From Octopus sinensis (taxonomy: Eukaryota), in the NCBI RefSeq assembly GCF_006345805.1, contig NC_042998.1, positions 49,972,001 to 50,036,000 of the forward strand: DNA of 64,000 bases. The letters run 5' to 3'. The translations under genes were made by a program, and so were the position numbers. How positions within the stretch are numbered: the stretch's first letter is position 1; every line of letters starts with the position of its first letter. Under the pieces are notes generated by a model, which saw only the letters and a program-made list of their open reading frames with translations, searched no databases and had not been told where the DNA came from. Below, piece by piece: positions 52,400 to 64,000 of this stretch.

Positions 52400-52945
52400 A
52401 AATCTCCCACTGAGGAGGGAGCCGGTTTCCAACAAAGATACAAAGCTTCATCTTTGGGATGTAGTTAACACAAATTCACATTTGAAACTTTGAAGTTTTG
52501 CATATTTTTACTATTCCACTCACAGACTGCATTTGTGATATATGAATTAGTTGGTCGATTTCTCTTTCTGAAAATCCCAGTTTATCTAGATTCTCCTTTA
52601 ACCATTTACTAACAAAACCTAGCGCTCTAATTATTATTGGTATGAATATGAATTCATAGTCTGGATATAATATAAAAGCTGGAGGTTTCAAAGCAGCTGT
52701 CCATATATATCCTATTTTTCTTCGATTTTCAAAGAGATATTTATATGTGCAGGGCAGCTGATCTCTATGATGGTACATACCTTTGCCCCTATATCCCAAA
52801 CAACAATATCCGGTCTGTTATGTTTACATTTGGCAGAAGATTTGATGGGAATATTCCAACAGTATTCCTTGAGCTGGTGTTTATGAATGTACTCCATAAC
52901 AAAGGGATTTTCTAAAGTTTATTTCAGGACAGTCATTTTTGCAGA
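52400..52945 (-). pseudogene. R4/Dong-like 3' fragment with restriction-like endonuclease domain and 3'UTR
   Basis: RPDIVVWD...CTIIEISCP...KIEEK (PD-(D/E)xK), then frameshift to YPDYEFIFIPIIIRALG...SVSGIVKICK. Confidence 0.8.
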
Positions 52946-52949
52946 TGGC

Positions 52950-53135
52950 ATGTATGTATGTATGTATGTATGTATGTATGTATGTATGTATGTATGTATG
53001 TATGTATGTATGTATGTATCTATCTGTGCATACATACATAATACATACATACATAATACATACATACATAATACATACATACATACATACATACATACAT
53101 ACATACATACATACATACATGCATACATACATACG
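52950..53135. repeat. (TATG)n/(ATAC)n microsatellite
   Basis: Direct reading; abuts the 5' truncation of the RLE fragment. Confidence 0.95.
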
Positions 53136-53270
53136 TAAGTAGGAATTGTGTGTACAAGTAAATGTATAACTGCTGCTATTATGCTTTGTGATCCACATAG
53201 ATTTTTCATAACCCAGTCTGCTTTCTCTATAGTTGCTAAGTAACTTCTATAGTAAATACTATTACTAGTT

Positions 53271-53590
53271 TGTGGAGGCGCAATGGCCCAGTGGTTAGGA
53301 CAGCGGACTCGCGGTCGGAGTATCGCGATTTCGATTCCCTGACCGGGCGTTGTGTGTGTTTATTGAGCGAAAATACCTACAGCTTCACGAGGCTCCGGCA
53401 GGAGGTGGTGTCGACCCCTGTTGTACTCTTTCGCCCTAACATTCTATCACTCTTTCTTCCTGTTTCTTGATTAACGCTGCGATGGACTGGCGTCCCGTAC
53501 AGCTGGGGGGAACACATACGCTACAGAAACCGGGAAACCTGGCCCATGAGCCTGGCTAGGCTTGAAAAGGGCGCCTCATAAAAAAAAATC
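53271..53590 (+). mobile_element. OR2-like SINE (head A + tail Y)
   Basis: Same head; TSD ATTACTAGTT at 53261-53270 and 53591-53600. A partial relative lies at ~30460-30700. Confidence 0.8.
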
Positions 53591-54074
53591 ATTACTAGTT
53601 ATAAACTACAGAGCAAATGTATATATAATAAGGATAAACACAAATTTATATTATGGTTCCTATGTTTGTTTCACCATTACAGTTGTTTGGAACTCTGCAA
53701 TAGGTGTTCCAAGTGCATTTAGATGCTCAGCTAGACAAAAGTGCTTCATTTTTTTAAAATCATTTTAATACTACTTTGTTTTTTACTATTTTTTTTTCTT
53801 TTTGTCCGAGAGAATTCAGAGACAATATCACCACAAGTAACATTTGAACACTGAAAGTGATGGGGCTTAGACAAATTGGTCACTTAACGTACTACATAGA
53901 GTGGCCCAAATGTCACAGAGGGTTATAAAAAAGTTTAATAAATTTGGTTTAATTACATTTTTTGATTTGTAATTCACAAAATGCGACTCTTCGCTCCTAA
54001 TGTACATTTATATATATACATGTATATATATATATTATATATATATATATTATATTATATATATAATAATATAT

Positions 54075-54270
54075 AGTTAATCCAAACATGAAAACACAAA
54101 GAGAAAACACAATAACGCGAGGACGTGGAACAAGTATAGTATTATTGGACGCTCAGGAAAGAAGGAGGGTTTAAGGTTTCGAGCGGAGCTCTTCGTCAGA
54201 AACATAGGAAAAGGAAAGATCCAAAGAAGGAAGACGGAGGAAAAAAATCGCCAACGGTACACACGCGGTC
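54075..54270 (-). mobile_element. Penelope-like terminal repeat with minimal hammerhead-like motif (54168-54205)
   Basis: GUUU-CUGACGA-A-GAGC-UCC-GCUC-GAAAC-CUU-AAAC; related copies at 426-460, 12209-12245, 25078-25112 and 60163-60198. Confidence 0.6.
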
Positions 54271-54302
54271 ACATACACACACACATACACACACACACAC
54301 AC

Positions 54303-54371
<69 letters not shown>

Positions 54372-54379
54372 TATGTATG

Positions 54380-54411
<32 letters not shown>

Positions 54412-54429
54412 CATGTATGCATGTATGTA

Positions 54430-54662
54430 TGGTGGTTGTGTACTCCTTATGCAGAGTTTGACCACCATCATGGCATCTGATGTGGCTTTTTAAACCAGAT
54501 ATTATTCTAAAAAGACACCCACATAGATTTCACCTCTGATTTGGACCACCAAGAGCTGCAGATAAGTTCTACTCTTTGTGGATCTTGTGGATCTTACGAT
54601 GTCCCTTGAGGCCCCCGTTGGATTTGCAAACCTTCTGGCATACACGGTATTCAAATGTGTAC
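54430..54662 (-). pseudogene. Decayed LINE 3' end with C2H2-like finger (RTE-like)
   Basis: Frame not in the ORF track: YTFEYRVCQKVCKSNGGLKGHRKIH, followed by a short UTR ending at (CATA)n. Confidence 0.45.
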
Positions 54663-54721
54663 ACATATATATAGGCAGAATAGTTGGTGGAGGTTTGATT
54701 TCCATACTATATGAGGTGCTA

Positions 54722-54988
54722 TTGCTTTTATTTATTTCTTTTATTTGTTTCAGTCATTTGACTGCGGCCATGCTAGAGCACCGCCTTTAGTAAAACAAAT
54801 CGACCCAGGACTTATTCTTTGCAAGCCTAGTACTTATCCTATCGGTCTCTTTTGCCGAACCGCTAAGTTACGGGGACGTAAACACACCAACATCAGTTGT
54901 CAGGTGTTGGTGGGGGGACAAACACAGACATACAAACATATACATACACATATATATTACATGTATATATATATACATACATATATAT

Positions 54989-55027
<39 letters not shown>

Positions 55028-55562
55028 TATAAATGTATATATATAATATATATATATATTATACATGTATATATATATATACATATATATATATATACAT
55101 GTATATATATATATATTATACATGTATATATATATATATACATGTATATATATATATACATATATATATATATACATGTATATATAATATACATGTATAT
55201 ATAGTATATATATATATATATAATATACATGTATATATATATATACATGTATATATATATATACATGTATATATATATATATACATGTATATATATATAT
55301 ACATGTATATATATATTATATATATATATATATATAATATATATATATATATCTGAAACGTTTTTTATAAAATTATTTTATCATTTTCTATCTTGACTTT
55401 TTTCCATATTTATATACGACGGGCTTCTTTCAATTTCCGTCTACCAAATCCACTTACAAGACTTTGGTCGGCCCGAGGATATAGTAGAAGACACTTGCCC
55501 ACGGTGACACTGAACCATGTGGTTGGTAAGCAAGCTACTTACCACACAGCCACTCCTGCACC
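54722..55562 (-). mobile_element. OK-like SINE whose internal (TA) tract has expanded to ~450 bp
   Basis: Tail half at 54722-54950 and head half at 55410-55562, separated by (TA)n/TACATGTATA repeats. Confidence 0.75.
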
Positions 55563-56260
55563 TATATTATTGTAAATTTAAAACATCAAAAATGAATTAT
55601 TAACACCTTTGTGACTTTGCGTCCACCCAATATTTATTTCTGCAAAAGGGGTTCGACAAGTAGAATCGGTAGGGCGTCAGATAAAATATGTTGCCGTTTT
55701 GTTCTGGCTATTTACTGAGTTCAAATTCTATGGATATCAACTTAACATCCTTACGTGGTCAATGAAAACAAAGTCCCAGTAATGTACTGGAGCTTATTTC
55801 AGTCGACTGATGATAAGTGCTAATGCATAATACGTGGTTCAGTAGAAATTCTTGCCCAAAGGCGCAGCTTCGAAAATAGGTGAAGTGACTCGCGGCTGGA
55901 GCACACTAGAGCCTCATGAATATAATATTTATACAACTGCAACATAATATAGTAATACCGATATCAAACACAAGCGCGAGCATAGCATGTAATCGTCTCA
56001 CACAGATGCACACACTCACACCCTTACACACCCACGCACGCGCGCCCGCACACACACGCGCACATGTACACACACAAACACATATACTACACACAAACAA
56101 ACGTTGCGCTTTGAAGCAGTGCAGATCATAGTGAAAGGGTTAAAGCAAATGACAAACATCTAAAAGATATTTTCAATTTTCGTCTGTGAAAAAGACTTTA
56201 ATATTTTTTCTTGCTTCAGTTGTTACCGTTGTTTTTGATGATGATGACAATGATGACAAC

Positions 56261-56300
<40 letters not shown>

Positions 56301-57575
56301 GTGATGATATCTAACCTCAAGTAAGCCGTGACTAAGCAGAGCAATGATTAAAGTCATTCCAGCTGTGTGCATGCCATCTCGTTCTTATTTACCAAGAAAC
56401 CAAGACTACATTATTTGAACGTGTCTATTTTATAATTTTTTTTAATGTTAAAGACGGTAAGCTGTGATTCGATAAAAAAGATTTAGTTACTATTTCTAGC
56501 AGGTGAAACGACCACATAGGGTGTTTTCTCTGATGAATGTTTCTAGTGAGCCAACAGCCATTTGGAAATCAATAAAGACATTTAGAGTTCATACGACAGA
56601 TATAGTAATCGATAAATCTTTACTATTATATTTTACTCCCGGATAACAGTACAGAGAATTATTTTCCCTTTCCTTTAGTGTGGTAAGGGTTTATAACAGA
56701 AACATTCAAATATCTCTTTTTCCTGCGGCAATTATATTTATATATTTATTTATTTCAACTATGGCTTTTACTATCAATACTTGTCATTCTTCTGTATATT
56801 CTTAAGTCTTTCCACGTGCGACTATTGCAGTGTATTCCATTCTCTGTATGTGTTTGCATGTTTGCACGTAAAAATATATGTATACGTAACACTTACATAT
56901 ATATTTCAATAAATCAAGCATTCATCTGGTATGTTATTACATATGTCCTTATATATATATCATTATCCGTCTTTGTTCAAATATACGCCACTGGCTACTT
57001 TCCTTAATTTTCCTACATTATTTCTATTTCATTTATTACTCAGGAATACTGTATTTTCCGGCATGCAAGTCAAATTTTTCAGGCCAAAATTCTCAGCCCA
57101 GAAGGTTAGGTTGACTTATACACCAGGACGACAAGTCTGATTAGTTCTCTTACATTATTTTTGTTTCGTTTATTACCCAAAATATACAATTTATCAACCT
57201 TCTCTCGAAGCAGGGATAATTTCATCAAATCAGAAATTTATTATTTTTTTTCTTTTAATATAAACTTATGCGTCATAGCTGTTGAAATACACAGCACTTG
57301 CAAAATCTACTTCTTATCGCTCATTTGTGCTTCATTCATATATATGATATGATATAATATAATATTATATATGTTTGTGTGTATCTGTACATACACATTT
57401 GTATGTATATGATCATCTATTTCTCTACACGAGTACATGCATCTACAGATATAGATAGCAGAAAAGAAGAAAAGTTGTAACTGCAATTCGAACAAGACCA
57501 CAGGTGTGGTCTCTCTCTCTCTCCCTCTCTCTGTATGCATGTATACACACACGGACACACACACACACACACACA

Positions 57576-57629
<54 letters not shown>

Positions 57630-57866
57630 AACAAACAAACACAAACTAATGTGTTTTCCAAAATGGAGGCCACCACCTTTCTCCGTGTGATCGGCTTCGA
57701 AAATTAAGACACTAGGATATTTTCCTACCTTACTTAACATGAAACGAATGGTAGTCTAATTTACGAATAAAGAAATGATATTCACCAATGCGGTTTTGAG
57801 CACTCATTTTCATCGTTCGATATTTATATGTATATGTGTGTGCGTGTGTGTGTATGTGTGTGTGTA

Positions 57867-57897
<31 letters not shown>

Positions 57898-59086
57898 TGA
57901 GGGTATGCGTGTGTGAATGTATACACACGCATACATATGTAGGCAATGAAGCAGACAGAATAAATGCATAAAAATATAAGGATAACAATTTAATTTTGAC
58001 TTTTTAATTAATTTATCACAAAATATATATTTCTGAATATTAAGACTTCATTTTGTAAAATCTTATGACTGACGTATAGATACCCATACCTTGTCTTAAG
58101 AAATCCATTGATTTAACTGACATAAAATAAATAACTTCCCAATTTCAAAGAAATAATATTTGTTTTGCGATACTATACAAATGTACCAAATTATCTATCT
58201 TATTCATTAAAATATCCTTGGAAAGCCTTCATAAATTAGAATAACAGATGCCTGGAGCATAAGTTACCGATATTGGAAGTAAATGAATGTATGAAGTATT
58301 ATGGTTTCACAGAAGTAATAGTAATGTAAATATATGTATATGCAGTTAGAGCGGATGAGGAAGAAAATCTTTAGCATATTAAAGGAAGTGAATAAAATAA
58401 TTATCGAGCAATGTTCAGGAAGCCAATGGCTGTTCTTGAAATACTATGTGCATCATGGTACGTTATTATTGCGGCTGTTGTTATTGGTGCTTAGATCGGG
58501 GTTAGCCTTGATCGAGCAATTGTATGGCTAAAGTGATTAGGGTGTTGCACTTACAATCGTGGGATCGTGGTTTCAATTCCTGGATCGGGTGGTATATTGT
58601 TTTCTTGAGCATAGTACTTCATCGCACGTTCGTCTGCGATCACTTGGACATCTAACGTAGTACAGAGTGTACATGTGGAGGAAACATCAGTTTGATGGAG
58701 GGAGTGAGCTACTATACGGCACATATATTTGATCACTATAACCAAATCATTTGTGCAGTTTTTCAGCAAAAAACAACAAAATCATCTTTCCTGGATTACG
58801 TGAGACCATCTTCATCAAGTTTAGCATCATCCTCAATTACATTTTAGCCATGAACAACCAGTATTTTTCTATACACGAGGAAAGCTAAGACGAAATTAAA
58901 CAACAGTTAAATTTTGAAAGTAGTAAAGAATAAAATGGAGAAGATTTGGTTGTCATTTCTCGCATTACAAGGGCGACCATAAATAAAAATATCAGATATA
59001 TAGACACGCATACTCATAAATATATACCTATGCATATATGCATATATATATATGCTTATATATATATAAGCATATATGTGCGTATA

Positions 59087-59134
<48 letters not shown>

Positions 59135-59265
59135 CTCACCACAATGTATATGTAATGGTTTTGCAAGATTCTTGATGTGAAAACGTGTGTTGAAATAGAT
59201 ATTGTTATACTTGTTGATGGTCATATTTTACCAGTTAAACATCGCCCTATATATTTGATCTCAAC

Positions 59266-59298
<33 letters not shown>

Positions 59299-59997
59299 GT
59301 TATTATTATTATTATTACTGTTGTTGTTGTTGTTGTTATATATTTTCATTTGTCAGAGTTCTTTCATCACATATACCAATAACCTCTTCAGCAACTTCTG
59401 TCCTTCGTGTTTCCTCTTTTTCTGTCTACTTCATGGTCAATTCAATAAGGGTATACACCTCGAAGTATGTTTTAGAAAGCTCTCTCGCCAAATAAATGCT
59501 ATTATGCAGGGAGACCGATCAAAATGATAATGACAAGATGCGTTATTTCATATTTTGCAAAATAATGTTTCAGCAATGGTCTGTTGTTAAAGAGGCGATG
59601 AAATAGTTGTCAATTATACAATAAAACACTTTTTTCAATTCATTTTCTCTTATATCATAAACAGATAGAGATATAGATAAATAGATAGATAGATACTCGT
59701 ATATATATCTCTCTCTCTCCACGCACACCCACGCACATACATGCAAACTCAAAACAACAGGTGGTCAAACAAGTTAACTTATTCATAGTTCAAACTCCAG
59801 ATTCAAGTAAACATATTTATTAAGTTAAATTCGTGATATTTTTCAACAAACAGTTGACATCACTTTACACACTCAAACACGTAAATATGAAATGAAACCC
59901 CAGGAGCTATGGCGCTAAAAGAATATAGGTAATAAATTATAATTCTTCAAATTTTTACTAATTTCTTCTATCATTAGTATATATATATACTCTCTTT

Positions 59998-60031
59998 GTC
60001 TTTGTTTTTTTTTGTGAATTCTCCACCCACC

Positions 60032-60068
<37 letters not shown>

Positions 60069-60250
60069 TGGGTGGAGAATTCACAAAAAAAACAAAAGAC
60101 GAAGAGAGGTGGTGTAGACAACAAACAAATATATTAGTATGACGTTCGGGAAGTGAAAAAGTCTTTAACGTTTCGAGCCTACGCTCTTCCACAGAAAGGA
60201 ACACAGAAATAAACAAGGATAGAAAATAAAGAATGTGTAGTGGCTTGCGA
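59998..60250 (-). mobile_element. Penelope-like terminal repeat, hammerhead-like motif at 60163-60198, terminal inverted duplication around (TA)n
   Basis: CUUU-CUGUGGA-A-GAGC-GUAG-GCUC-GAAACGUU-AAAG. Arms at 59998-60034 and 60064-60100 are inverted. Confidence 0.6.
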
Positions 60251-60579
60251 TATATCTATCTATCTATCTATCTATCTATCTGTGTGTGTGTGTACATACA
60301 TATATATACATACACATACATACACACACATACACACACACGCACGTACACGCATACATACATATGCATTTATGTATGTGTGTGTCTTTAATGCTAGCTT
60401 TTCTTCGTAAAATGGTATGACTAAACTTAAATTCAATGGTATAAAATATTATTCACACACACACACACATATATATGTGGTATATTTTTTTATAATCTTT
60501 CAGCTTATAAAAAATACCATTACTATTATTTACAGAATTGTAAAACTCGACACCGCTTAACAAAACCATTCGCACCGAT

Positions 60580-60626
<47 letters not shown>

Positions 60627-61929
60627 CATACGTTCATACATTTATGTGTGTGTGTGTGCAGTCATACATACCCGTGTACAAATAAAGCAATGTAAATATA
60701 GTCGTATATATAATATGTATATCTGTGTACGCGTGTACATGTATAGGTATATATATACACACACACACTCACACGAAAAACACACATACACACATATCTA
60801 TATGTAAATACTGAATTAAATATATGTATATATATATACACATATACACACACGCAAACACACATATATAACTCTATACACGCATACACACTCACATAAA
60901 GTCATTTATGTGTAACTCCACACGCGTGTATGTGTGTTTGTATGTTTATTAATACGAACACTTACATATAAAAGATGGACGAGAACCATCCCCTTCAAAC
61001 TCTATTTCTATATTTCTGAGATGAGTTATTGCAAGACAGATAAAGACTGATCTGACTATTAACCTTTTATTCTGTTATCATCGTTATGTTTTGATTGCTC
61101 TATTCTTTATTCTGTAGACAATATAGTATCCAGTCTCGATTCTAGAGAATAAATACACACTGCACAAAAGAAATCCATTCCCAAAATAACAGCCAGTATA
61201 TATTAGCTGTGAATACGCGTGGCTGAGAGGTGAGCGCGTTGCGCTCACGATCGCAAAATTGTGGATTCCATTCCCAGACAGGGTGGTATTGAGTTTGTTG
61301 CTGAGAAAAAATCATTTTACGTTGTTGTAGCCCACTCATCTGTAGGTGGGTAAATTCTGCGACGAACTTCCGTTCCGTTCAAAGGAAATGTTGACCTGCC
61401 TGCTGGAGTGGCAGTGGAGTGGTATTGCATTGTAACCAGAGATGTATAACAGCATCCGATAGTCTACTCCAACGGTTCTCAAACATTTTCAGCCTGCCTC
61501 CCACGCCTTGACACCCATGCCACATTCCTAGCGTCTCCACCCTTACTTATCCCAACAAACATAGACCACATTCTGATTTAACTGTTTTGTTTTTACTGTC
61601 CTGTTTTTGTTACCACTTTAACCCTCCGCGAAAAATCCCAAATTTTATTTAATTTGCTTTGCAGGAAGGACTGTTTTAACGAAGTCCTGTCTTGTCCCTA
61701 CCCTCGTCACGCGGAGTAGATAAAACAGGGGACAACTGATGAAGGGAATGTTCTTTATGTTGCTGTCTCGTTTCTCTATTTGTTTCTTTCGTTGTTCGAA
61801 CAAAAGTTCGCTTTCCATGCTTTTGTTTTTTATGTTCTCGTTTCTCATTTTATTCACGTTCTTTCGACATCCTGTAGCTATATGTGCATGTATATATATA
61901 CATATATATGTAGGCATGTACATATATAC

Positions 61930-61972
<43 letters not shown>

Positions 61973-62704
61973 GAACGTATGTACAGACATGCATTCCTAT
62001 GAACACATGTATTTATGTATTCATGTATGCGTGTAGGTATGTATAATTGTATTTTTCCGCTTAAGGAAAAAATAGTGGATAGAAACCACAACTTAGGCGA
62101 AGTAATCAATGCGTAAAAGCATCGAAAAATTTTATAAAGAAAGGAAATACAATTAGTTTTGTTAGAACCATTGATACTGTTATGATTTCTATTCTTTCTC
62201 TTTCCTTTTTTTGTCGTTGTTTTTGTTATCTGTATAGCTAGACCGGCTTATTTGTGTTTGCAGCAGTGATGACATTCCTATAGCTATTTATTCAACTGTG
62301 AAGTTTGAATAAAGATTTTTTTTTGTTCACTCAAGCAAAATGGAGCAAGCAGTTTTACACGTCTTGTTCGATATAATGACATTTGTATGATCTGAACGTA
62401 TTGCATCAACATAACGTCGTCATAACCATTCCGGTTTTAAGATAGTAACTACAAGAAAATACAAGGTAAATTTGAAACGAGAAAGAAAACGATACAAAAG
62501 TAAAAGTACCTTTGGTGTTACACTTAGCACTAATAAATGAGAATTAAAAATACAGTGTTTGCAGTTGTTTACACTCCTCACACTCATCATATAAACTCGG
62601 CTCGAGCAGAATCTGGCTCACCAATCTTTATATTTTATGTGTGACTTCAATAAGGTTGCACACTGGTAGAATCGTTAGGCATCGGACAAAATGCCTTGAG
62701 ACAT

Positions 62705-63104
62705 TTACTCTTTTTTAGTCTTTTACTCTTTTACTTGTTTCAGTCATTTGACTGCGGCCAACAAATCGACCCCCGGACTTGTTTTTTGTAAGCCTAGTAC
62801 TTATTCTATCGGTCTCTTTTTGCCGAACCGCTAGTTACGGGGACGTAAGCACACCAGCATCGGTTGTCAAGCAATGTTGAGGGGACAAACACAGACACAC
62901 AAACATATACACACACATACAATATATATATATACATATATACGACGGGCTTTTTTCAGTTTCCGTCTACCAAATCCACTCACAAAGCTTTGGTTGGTCC
63001 GAGACTATAGTAGAAGACACTTGCCCAAGGTGTCACGCAGTGGGACTGAACCCATGACCATGCGGTTCGCAATAAAGCTACTTACCACACAGCCACTCAT
63101 ACGC
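62705..63104 (-). mobile_element. OK-like SINE
   Basis: Same family. Further copies at ~207-345, 5325-5635, 30720-31002, 46800-47430 and 63950-64000. Confidence 0.8.
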
Positions 63105-64000
63105 TTGTTCACTCTTCTTTACATTCACTCTTCTTTACGTTCAACGTTCAAATTACACAAAGATTAACTTGAATCTCGTTCTTCCAGAGTCTTTAAAATA
63201 ATGCAACTGCCCAGGCATGTGAATGAGTGGATTCGTTATAATGTTGGATTGAACACTATTTCTTTTTGTATTTGTTCCTGCTCTTTTGCATTCTGAGTGC
63301 CCAGGCGAACTTGCCTTCATCTAACAGTCACGGTGGTTGCGTTGAAAAATAAATTATACTCGCAAAGAAAAAGGAGGGAAACCAACTTCACCTCTGCGCA
63401 AATTCAATGATGAGCATAGGAAGTTGCAAAGGCATCGTTCGACAGCTGACGACCTGACGATAAAGAAAGATACAAGACCTCTTTTGTCTGTTTTTACTTG
63501 TTGGGTCTACGCCAGTGTTTCCTAACTTGTTCTCCCCAGTCACCAGACTGTACTATAACTTTTCAGAAAAGTGCATGCCGTACTGGTGGTTAGAAAAAAG
63601 TGAACTTTATCTTTAATATTTTATTATCGCAATTATATAATACAAGAGTAAAGGCGTGTAGCTTAGTGGTTAGGGTATTCGGCTCTCGATCGTAAGGTCC
63701 TGAGTTCAAAAATGAGTTGTACCTGTATTTCAAAAGGTCATCCATGTCACACCCTGTGTCACGCTGAATCTCCCTGAGAAATACGTTAAGGGTACACGTG
63801 TCTGTGGAGTGCTCAGCCGTTAATTTTACGAGCCGGCTGACTCCGTTGATCCAGTCCTCTATGAAGTAACTCTGAGTGACTTTATATTAATTCCTATAAT
63901 GCAAGATTAAGATGTAAGATGTAAGACCAAGCTTTGAGCAGCAATATAGCTCCAGATATGAGTACATGGTTCTGGATTCAGTCCCTCTGCGAGGCACCTA

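Noticed and set aside
61725-61800. GACAACTGATGAAGGG motif (also 3530-3555, minus) as a hammerhead
   Set aside because: CUGAUGA is present, but no GAAA, stem III or cleavage site follows.
63255-63350. Signal-peptide-like frame YFFLYLFLLFCILSAQANLP
   Set aside because: No in-frame ATG, bounded by stops, and explained by a T-rich tract.

Overview
This is AT-rich eukaryotic non-coding (intergenic or intronic) DNA with no confidently supportable host protein-coding gene. The tRNA-derived SINE families resemble those I recall from octopus (OK, OR1, OR2), so the source is probably an octopod cephalopod; this is inference. Almost all listed ORFs are translations of (TA)n, (CA)n, (TATG)n or (TATC)n microsatellites. 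The real content is mobile DNA: dozens of SINE copies from at least four families, a 5'-truncated Tx1/L1-clade LINE (17156-19082) with a second 3'-only copy, both in a (TATC)n tract, decayed R4/Dong-like and RTE-like LINE ends, mariner MITEs, a Tigger/pogo-like MITE, a 180-bp tandem satellite, Penelope-like terminal repeats carrying hammerhead ribozyme motifs, and a 100-N gap. Most notable: (1) the abundant ~230-bp 'S1' SINE shares its 3' terminal 42 nt (34/42 identical, ungapped, with a conserved hairpin) with the Tx1-like LINE, and a chimeric copy at 4831-5227 joins the SINE body to ~140 nt of the LINE 3'UTR, pointing to a LINE-SINE partnership; (2) the LINE appears to target (TATC)n; (3) several type I hammerheads have palindromic stem III and unusually large stem II, and some lie in fold-back inverted repeats; (4) a 134-bp templated insertion was copied from 2 kb away before a SINE inserted into the donor. 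'S1', 'head A/B' and 'tail A/B/X/Y' are my working labels, and TE family names are from memory, not database searches.
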